64,000 nt of DNA. It comes from a virus. Under the pieces are notes generated by a model. The model made no database searches. It was not told the origin of the DNA and worked only from the letters and a program-made list of their open reading frames with translations. A program made the position numbers and the translations under genes. The stretch lies in IMG/VR virus record IMGVR_UViG_3300009703_001822; one strand, 5' to 3'. Positions within the stretch are counted from its first letter, which is position 1, and each line of letters begins with the position of its first letter. Positions 57,697 through 64,000 of the stretch are shown here, piece by piece.

Positions 57697-58158
57697 ATGC
57701 TGGCAACCAACTGTATAGAAGTTGCAGGAGGTTTTCAAGGACAGAGGAATAGAGTTGAATCTGTCGCTACCTTTTGTGTTGATCAATTACTTCCTAAACA
57801 TAGAACACTAGAACTAGATTTTCATCTAGGCAATTACGAAAAAACAGAAAACATTATGGGCTCATGCCTACATGTATATAATAATGAGTTTCAAATAGCA
57901 ATAGACAACAAGCAGAAGTTATACGATCTTATTCTAACTGTCTGCCATGAAATGGTACATGTAAAGCAATATGCTAGACGAGAACTTAAAGAGGATTATC
58001 CTAATACTTGGTGGAAAGGTATGACATACACAGATGCCAGGTGTTATCCATGGGAGCTAGAAGCGTGGAAAATGCAGAAGATATTAGCTCACAACTACAT
58101 AAAAACACACATTTCTAGTCCTATTAAGGACATAAAAGTGCTTGACAGGAGGTCCTAA
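57697..58158 (+). CDS. Zincin metallopeptidase-like protein
   Basis: HEMVHVKQY, YPWELEA. Confidence 0.8.
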   Translation: MLATNCIEVAGGFQGQRNRVESVATFCVDQLLPKHRTLELDFHLGNYEKTENIMGSCLHVYNNEFQIAIDNKQKLYDLILTVCHEMVHVKQYARRELKEDYPNTWWKGMTYTDARCYPWELEAWKMQKILAHNYIKTHISSPIKDIKVLDRRS

Positions 58159-58170
58159 AGAGTGCATAAT
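58142..58170 (+). promoter_or_regulatory. sigma70-type promoter 6 nt before ATG
   Basis: TTGACA-17 bp-CATAAT, ATG at 58177. Confidence 0.8.
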
Positions 58171-58176
58171 ATACAT

Positions 58177-58815
58177 ATGATTAACAAAAATAAGATAATT
58201 TTAACTGATTGCGATGGTGTATGTCTAGACTGGGAGTTCGCATTCCACACTTGGATGGGAACAAACGGACATACTCTTACAAACGGTAATACATACAGCG
58301 TCTGTAATCAATATTCGATAACAAAAGAACAAGCAGATAGATTAGTTGCACAGTTCAATAGCTCAGCACACATGGGCTTTTTACCACCCTTAAGGGACGC
58401 ACAATATTATATCAAATTGTTAGCAGAGAGACTAGGCTATAGATTTGTAGCAGTTACAAGTCTAAGTGCAGATGTATATGCTCAGCAACTTAGAACATGT
58501 AATCTCAAGAAACTATTTGGTGAGAGTACATTTGTTGAATACCATTACTTGCCTTGTGGTGCTGATAAAGACGATATACTCATAGAGCTTGCTAATAAAT
58601 ATGAAGGTAGTCTATGGGTAGAGGATAAATATGTAAATGCAGAGGCAGGTGCCGATGCAGGATTTGATAGTTTACTCATAGAACATGGCCATAATCTAAA
58701 TTACGATGGTGATGACAGAGTTAGAATAGTTAGGAATTGGGAAGAGATATACAAATATGTTGAAAGAAAAGAAAATGAGAGAGATCTCAAAAGAAGAACT
58801 AGAAAATTCAACTAG
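58177..58815 (+). CDS. HAD-family 5'(3')-deoxyribonucleotidase-like phosphatase
   Basis: ILTDCDGVCLDW, VTS, KD, WVED. Confidence 0.85.
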   Translation: MINKNKIILTDCDGVCLDWEFAFHTWMGTNGHTLTNGNTYSVCNQYSITKEQADRLVAQFNSSAHMGFLPPLRDAQYYIKLLAERLGYRFVAVTSLSADVYAQQLRTCNLKKLFGESTFVEYHYLPCGADKDDILIELANKYEGSLWVEDKYVNAEAGADAGFDSLLIEHGHNLNYDGDDRVRIVRNWEEIYKYVERKENERDLKRRTRKFN

Positions 58816-59065
58816 AATTCAGAAGTCTGCTACTCCTAAATATACCATTGACTGGTATGTTAAATGGGTAGCTTCAACATTTATTCTAGCTGCTATGTCC
58901 ATGAGAGGTGTGGCAGGCTTAGAGTTAACAGATTTAATTCTGTCAGCTTGTGGTGTAGCACTGTGGCTCTGGGTGTCTATCATCTGGAAAGACAGAGCGT
59001 TAGTTCTACTCAACGGTGTAGGACTATTATTTTTATTAAGAAACTTGTTTGAGAGGTTAATGTAA
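58775..59065 (+). CDS. Small multi-TM membrane protein
   Basis: DWYVKWVAS...W.DRAL..LN. Confidence 0.75.
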   Translation: MREISKEELENSTRIQKSATPKYTIDWYVKWVASTFILAAMSMRGVAGLELTDLILSACGVALWLWVSIIWKDRALVLLNGVGLLFLLRNLFERLM

Positions 59066-59412
59066 TGGCTATTATGAATATGGGTGGCTCCCTACGCTAT
59101 GATATGCACGGTAGGAAAAGAAAGAACTACAAGAAGAATAATCTTACTAAAAAGATTAATACTTCTAGAGCAGGAATACCTGCAGTCACTAGGCCTGTAA
59201 CTAATGAAACATTAGAACAGCACAAAGAACATTTAAGAAAATATCCTTCTATGCCTATGGGTAAGAGTAAAGCAGATGGCAAAGGCACAAAGAACATGTC
59301 ATGGGATAAGGAAAGACAAGAAATAAGCAAAGGCTATACAGTTGCACCAGCATATAACAAAGGTGCTTATCAGGTTATAGGCAAGAACAATATAAAGGAT
59401 ATAGGTAAATAA
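59065..59412 (+). CDS. T4-like conserved basic protein
   Basis: VAPAYNKGAYQVI...KDIG. Confidence 0.8.
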   Translation: MAIMNMGGSLRYDMHGRKRKNYKKNNLTKKINTSRAGIPAVTRPVTNETLEQHKEHLRKYPSMPMGKSKADGKGTKNMSWDKERQEISKGYTVAPAYNKGAYQVIGKNNIKDIGK

Positions 59413-59666
59413 TGGAAGAGTTTGGTTGGCAAATATTATTCCTTGGTGTCCTGATAGGAGGCATGTACTCCTCATACAAAATAGGACATAAAGAAGGTTC
59501 AGGTGCCATGATAGATTTTTGTAAGTCAAAGCGCAATAAGCAAGGGTTGACGCTTATTCATTTCTTCGGACAAAATATAGAATTCTTAGATCCTCTATCC
59601 TATAATAAGGCTATGCTAGATTCAATAGCAAAAGCTCTAGAGGAAGAGGATGAACACAGCTCCTGA
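59412..59666 (+). CDS. Membrane-anchored hypothetical protein
   Basis: N-terminal TM, SYKIG..EG. Confidence 0.7.
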   Translation: MEEFGWQILFLGVLIGGMYSSYKIGHKEGSGAMIDFCKSKRNKQGLTLIHFFGQNIEFLDPLSYNKAMLDSIAKALEEEDEHSS

Positions 59667-60207
59667 AAGATATAACGAAGTAGAAGTATTATCCACATAC
59701 CTCGAGACTAAGAACATAACAATATACAGTCATGGTCCTATAGGTACACGACCCTTTGAGCCATTCATGAAAGCATTAGGCACACGCACAATGCTAGCCT
59801 ATGTCAAGCCACACCATTGGATGAACATTACAAAAGAATATACAAATCACACGCACATATTAATATTACGAGATCCTGTAGAACAACACAACCACGCCAC
59901 ATTCCTACATGCCATGTCATTGAGAGATGTGGTACTGAAAAGAGACAACATGTTCTACTCTACACATTTACGACCACATCTAGGAACAATAGCACAAGCA
60001 GAGTTTGATTTCTATATTAACTATCAAGACTTGAATAAATACTTATTAGAATGGCAAAACCCTTATCCGCCTGTAGCAGAGACAGGCAAGTTTTTTAATC
60101 TCGATGAAGAGGTTGCAGCGTTTGAATTTATCAAACGAAACAAGATGATATTAGAAGTGCCACAATGGAGGGAATTGTTGTTACACGGACAATTGAATGA
60201 AATATAA
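59650..60207 (+). CDS. Hypothetical protein, weakly sulfotransferase-like
   Basis: HGPIGTR and LILRDP resemble PAPS-binding motifs. Confidence 0.4.
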   Translation: MNTAPERYNEVEVLSTYLETKNITIYSHGPIGTRPFEPFMKALGTRTMLAYVKPHHWMNITKEYTNHTHILILRDPVEQHNHATFLHAMSLRDVVLKRDNMFYSTHLRPHLGTIAQAEFDFYINYQDLNKYLLEWQNPYPPVAETGKFFNLDEEVAAFEFIKRNKMILEVPQWRELLLHGQLNEI

Positions 60208-61870
60208 AGGAATAATACTCGGCGGAGCGATAGAAAGAGCAGACACATCGGAAACCAGGAATCAAGCTCCTGGTTTGTCTACTCCAGAGCCACCTGAAAC
60301 CTGGCATAGTATTAAAAGATCTGCAGGTGCACACAGAATAGCCACACATTTACGAGAAGAAGGCTGGGACATAGAAGTGGTAGACTTCTGGCCTGCTTGG
60401 ACTCGTGATGAATTATTAGATCTAATGGAAAAGAGAGTAGACGAAAATACTAAGTTCATAGGCATTTCATCTATGTTTCCTTTACAAGGACCTAGCGGTG
60501 GCACTATGGTGCAAACTATGAACGAAACAGTTCAAGAAATTAAGAAAAGACACCCACATTTAATCATTATAGGAGGTTCTCAGAATGTAGGAGCATCTTT
60601 ACAATGGTGGTGTGATTATTATATTGCTGGCTTTGCAGAAGTAGGAATAATAGAACTATTAAAATATATTACAGGCGATGGCCCTGAACCTTCAGGAATG
60701 GTAACTAAGGAAGTCTGGGGTATGGAGAGAAAATGGATAAACTGTAGACATCATTATCCTGCTTTCCCATGGCCTGATGCTAAGGTTAAATATGAAGACA
60801 GAGACTTTATGAGATCTGATGAAGTGCCAACGGTAGAATTCAGTCGTGGGTGCAAGTTTAAATGTAGATTCTGTTCCTTCTCTGTACTAGGAGTTAAAGG
60901 AGATTATAGTAGAGATGAAGATAGTCTTTACGAAGAACTATTAGATAATTATGAGAGATGGGGCATAACAACCTATTCAGTATCTGATGAAACTATCAAC
61001 GACTCAGAAGAGAAACTAGCAAAACTAGCACGAATAGCAAAACGATTACCTTTCCAACCATCATTCCAAGGATTTATGAGAGCAGATTTATTAGCATCCA
61101 AACCTGATACTTGGCAGGATGTATGGGACTCAGGTGTTAGATCACATCTTTATGGTGTGGAAACTCTCAATCATGAGGCAGGCAAATTTGTAGGCAAAGG
61201 CATGAATCCTGATAGATTAAAAGAAGGCCTTTTACGAGTTCAAGACTATTTCGGCAATAAAGGATTCTTCCGCTGTACAATATCAACGATTATAGGTTTA
61301 CCAGGAGAAACAGAAGAGACATTCCTAGCAGGTAGAGACTGGATATTGAATAACTTCAAAGGTCATGCTTTCTCGTTTTTCCCTCTCTTTATAGGACAAA
61401 ATGAGACATTTACAATGATGACAAACCCTAGTGTTCTAGAGCGAGAGTGGGCAGACAAGACTACAAAAGTATTATGGGAAACTAATGCAGAAGAGATGGG
61501 TGTTGATTATGAAGAACTACATCCTAGAATGAGACAGACAGCTAAATTTTATATGGAAGCTCCTGGTGTGGCAAAGTGGGCTAATAAAGACATGAATGTG
61601 TGGCAAGCATTTAAAATATTTAACAGAGTAGCAAGCGAGGCATTACTACCTACACAATTAGCTCCTGGTATATTCTTTTACCATAGATATCTCACAGGCA
61701 CAGATCATACAGTTCAGGACATGCAACAGACATTTTTAAGCGAGAATAAGCTACAATTAAATCGCCAATTGACGATGGATGATTACAATATAGATCCTTC
61801 ATTGACAACAATATATCCTAAACAGTACGAGATTATAGAAGAGTACAAGAGAAAAAAACTTGCAGTATGA
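60197..61870 (+). CDS. Cobalamin-binding-type radical SAM enzyme (paralog 3)
   Basis: EFSRGCKFKCRFC, IIIGG, VSDET, GVETL, IIGLPGET. Confidence 0.85.
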   Translation: MKYKGIILGGAIERADTSETRNQAPGLSTPEPPETWHSIKRSAGAHRIATHLREEGWDIEVVDFWPAWTRDELLDLMEKRVDENTKFIGISSMFPLQGPSGGTMVQTMNETVQEIKKRHPHLIIIGGSQNVGASLQWWCDYYIAGFAEVGIIELLKYITGDGPEPSGMVTKEVWGMERKWINCRHHYPAFPWPDAKVKYEDRDFMRSDEVPTVEFSRGCKFKCRFCSFSVLGVKGDYSRDEDSLYEELLDNYERWGITTYSVSDETINDSEEKLAKLARIAKRLPFQPSFQGFMRADLLASKPDTWQDVWDSGVRSHLYGVETLNHEAGKFVGKGMNPDRLKEGLLRVQDYFGNKGFFRCTISTIIGLPGETEETFLAGRDWILNNFKGHAFSFFPLFIGQNETFTMMTNPSVLEREWADKTTKVLWETNAEEMGVDYEELHPRMRQTAKFYMEAPGVAKWANKDMNVWQAFKIFNRVASEALLPTQLAPGIFFYHRYLTGTDHTVQDMQQTFLSENKLQLNRQLTMDDYNIDPSLTTIYPKQYEIIEEYKRKKLAV

Positions 61871-62073
61871 ACCCAACAAAAGAGCAACTAAAGATATATA
61901 GCGAGTATGAGGAAAGCCCTTGTGTATTCATATGCACATTAGTAGACAATGGCCAAGAGGATATGTGCGTAGGATGTGGACGAACAGATACAGAGATAGC
62001 AGAATGGTTAACCTATACTAACGAACAGAAAAAGGTAATCAAGGCAAAAGCTCTTAACCGTTTACAAGACTAA
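61867..62073 (+). CDS. DUF1289 family Cys-rich protein
   Basis: SPCVFIC...CVGCGRT..EIAEW. Confidence 0.85.
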   Translation: MNPTKEQLKIYSEYEESPCVFICTLVDNGQEDMCVGCGRTDTEIAEWLTYTNEQKKVIKAKALNRLQD

Positions 62074-62167
62074 TAGAAAACTATAGATATAAATAAAACT
62101 AAACAATATAGAATATACTCTAATCAACAGACAGTATATCAATAAGTATTACGGAGTAAGCACGCGG

Positions 62168-62389
62168 ATGAAACACACTAAAAACAGCAGAGAGATAGGC
62201 AAAGTCCTTGGAGAATATCACACTTATATACGAGACAATCGTAAAGCCATAGTCCTAAGAAATGCTATGGGATTCTATGTAGAATTATATGATGGTGGTG
62301 AGTTAATGGAGACACGAGAACTATATAAACATGCTGAAATATATGCAGAGAATTGTGCAGAGAACTGGGTTGATATGGTAATAGCATGA
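62168..62389 (+). CDS. Hypothetical protein
   Basis: YAENCAENWV motif; TATAAATA at 62088-62095. Confidence 0.7.
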   Translation: MKHTKNSREIGKVLGEYHTYIRDNRKAIVLRNAMGFYVELYDGGELMETRELYKHAEIYAENCAENWVDMVIA

Positions 62390-62730
62390 GAAAAGTAACT
62401 CTTACCTTTGTACTTGACGGACCAATACCTGCTGTGACTAACCAAGATATAGCAGAACAATGCGCTGAGAAATTAAAAAACATGGAGTTTATAGTATCAG
62501 TTGAAGCTGAGAAAGAAGAAGCCATTGATATACACAACGAGTTAGTGAGTGGAGTTATTAGTGCAGTAAACGAAGAGCCTATTAGTCATACATTAGAGAC
62601 ATTCGGAGACATTGATAATGCCATTACAGAAGCTGATAAGAGAAAACACCTGGGGCGTCCTAGTACGGAACAAGGCGGTAATCGTATTAAATCCTCATAT
62701 AATACAGACCGTGATCCTTTCAATGAGTAA
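62386..62730 (+). CDS. Hypothetical protein
   Basis: ATGA overlap, 114 aa. Confidence 0.65.
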   Translation: MRKVTLTFVLDGPIPAVTNQDIAEQCAEKLKNMEFIVSVEAEKEEAIDIHNELVSGVISAVNEEPISHTLETFGDIDNAITEADKRKHLGRPSTEQGGNRIKSSYNTDRDPFNE

Positions 62731-63013
62731 AGGCCACCACTAAGCGCGTACTCCACCACACCCCCTCTAACCACCACTACCCACCCCTAAAACAATCTAT
62801 ACTTGAATAGGTATTGTAGGAATCTACCTTTATTAGGGAGATCTAACCAGACGGCCTACGAATGTCAAGCCCTCAGAGTACCAAAGGAATTTACCCAAAA
62901 GATATGGCGAGGGCTTAGCACATCTCGAACCACTTGTCAACCCCCCTGGATTGGACCTGCACCACCCTCCCAGGATACCACTTCTACCCCCCTTCCCCCT
63001 TATCGTAGGCGCG

Positions 63014-63118
63014 TAGAAAACCTTTACAACCCTCATTCCCTAAGGGCGGTAAAGTTGGTGCGGAATAAACCTTTACAAGTGCTCTAGATTAACGGCTCTA
63101 GAAAACCTTTACAACCCT
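63014..63118. repeat. 20-bp direct repeat TAGAAAACCTTTACAACCCT
   Basis: Exact copies at 63014-63033 and 63099-63118; partial AAACCTTTACAA at 63067-63078. Confidence 0.85.
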
Positions 63119-63314
63119 ATCCTGCTGGACCCGGGCGCTCCATCAACTCCTGGAACACTATGTCTATCGCTGCGTCCCTCATGCTATCCTCATTTTCGGA
63201 TGGGTGGAAGTAGAAGGAGTTGGCTTTTAGAAGGCTGGCTACTTGGCTGATTGGCATGTTGGCTACATGGTCAATGGCGTTGTCGGCTATTATGTCTTTA
63301 CTAAAATGGCTCAT
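63117..63314 (-). CDS. Early hypothetical protein
   Basis: AAGGAG RBS; promoter TTGACA-17 bp-TATCAT at 63343-63371 (-). Confidence 0.7.
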   Translation of the reverse strand: MSHFSKDIIADNAIDHVANMPISQVASLLKANSFYFHPSENEDSMRDAAIDIVFQELMERPGPAG

Positions 63315-63390
63315 ATCTTAATCACTCCTTTATTATGTCTATATGATAGCATCTTTAGGACCATTTGTCAACCTTTTTATTAGGCGTGTG

Positions 63391-63503
63391 AGCGACGATA
63401 ATTGTCGCTAGGGTCTGCTATAATAGTAGTATGTTAAGTAATAAAACAAATACAAATAAAACAACTGTTAGCGACAGTAATTGTCGCTTGTGTTTGTTAT
63501 AAT
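63391..63503 (+). promoter_or_regulatory. Tandem extended -10 promoters each carrying the palindrome AGCGAC-N7-GTCGCT
   Basis: Palindromes at 63391-63409 and 63470-63488, each ending 9 nt before TATAAT (TGnTATAAT). Confidence 0.75.
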
Positions 63504-63536
63504 ACTTGTATGTTAAATAATAAAAAAGGAAAAACT

Positions 63537-63815
63537 ATGTTATTAGAAGAAAAAGTGGAATTGTTAGTTAGAGGATATGTTGAATATACAGCAGATGGGA
63601 AATATAGTGTAGGGATTAAAGATAAAGAAGATCCTTTATATAAAGAGTTTACACTAGACGAGGGTTACTATATGTTTGGCTATGACGAAGAAGGGAATAT
63701 ATTGGAGGCAGAGAAAACAGACAATATGGACTTAACTGGATATGAGGTGGAATTAGAGTATGGCGATATTGAGTGTTGGTTTAAAGACGATAGAGGTGTT
63801 TTAATAATAAGATAG
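63537..63815 (+). CDS. Acidic early hypothetical protein
   Basis: AAAGGA RBS before ATG 63537. Confidence 0.7.
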   Translation: MLLEEKVELLVRGYVEYTADGKYSVGIKDKEDPLYKEFTLDEGYYMFGYDEEGNILEAEKTDNMDLTGYEVELEYGDIECWFKDDRGVLIIR

Positions 63816-63929
63816 TTATAACAAAAAGTTATATAAGGCATGGCGACTATATAACAAATGATTATTTTACATTTAGTTATTAGTTTAGTATAATGTGTAT
63901 ATAAATTAATAAAACAAGTGAGAAAGTAT

Positions 63930-64000
63930 ATGTTAAAAATTACAAAAGGTGGAGAAACAATTAACGAGAACAACGAAAAGGTTGCGAGTGTTACACTTGA
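63930..64000 (+). CDS. 5' end of a hypothetical protein truncated by the window edge
   Basis: Promoter TTTACA-17 bp-TATAAT at 63866-63894, GTGAG RBS, MLKITKGGET... Confidence 0.55.
   Translation, partial: MLKITKGGETINENNEKVASVTL

Noticed and set aside
2153-62777. Many short - strand and alternate-frame ORFs in the track (e.g. 35150-35728, 27072-27488, 55861-56313)
   Set aside because: They shadow well-supported genes on the opposite strand or frame and lack RBSs or motifs
62803-63087. Pro-rich (+) and Gly-rich (-) ORFs in the C-rich tract
   Set aside because: Composition follows from the nucleotide skew; no convincing RBS
1-64000. CRISPR arrays, tRNA or rRNA genes, integrase, transposase
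   Set aside because: No regularly spaced repeat-spacer arrays, cloverleaf signatures or recombinase motifs were seen by eye; a tRNA/Rfam scan was not run
1-64000. Stop-codon reassignment
   Set aside because: Core genes are full length in the standard code, and TAA, TAG and TGA all end genes at expected positions

Overview
A 64-kb segment of a large T4-like (Tevenvirinae/Kyanoviridae-like) lytic myophage, AT-rich, almost all + strand, standard genetic code. The host is probably an aquatic gammaproteobacterium, inferred from the NfuA and TonB-receptor types. Core T4-type replication genes are present (gp45, gp44, gp62, regA, gp43, uvsX, gp41, gp61, nrdA/nrdB, rnh), plus the CobT-like peptidase/CobS pair, Hsp20, a spanin pair and a block of head-packaged or virion proteins. 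Interleaved with the core is an unusually large accessory chemistry set: three paralogous cobalamin-type radical SAM enzymes, a fourth radical SAM, a BtuB-like TonB receptor, NfuA preceded by a 17-aa 8-Cys peptide missing from the ORF track, three paralogous SAM methyltransferases, and QueC-like, 2OG-Fe(II) oxygenase, crotonase, glycosyltransferase and sugar-nucleotide enzymes. Non-coding highlights: a family of sigma70 promoters with a conserved dyad spacer; late promoters exactly 5 nt before ATG (leaderless mRNAs); a ROSE-like thermometer before hsp20; a pseudoknot-rich intergenic RNA candidate; a -1 slippery site joining two internal-head polyprotein ORFs; and a C-rich repeat/operator region at the right end that may be an origin or genome end. 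All family assignments come from motif recognition, not database searches.
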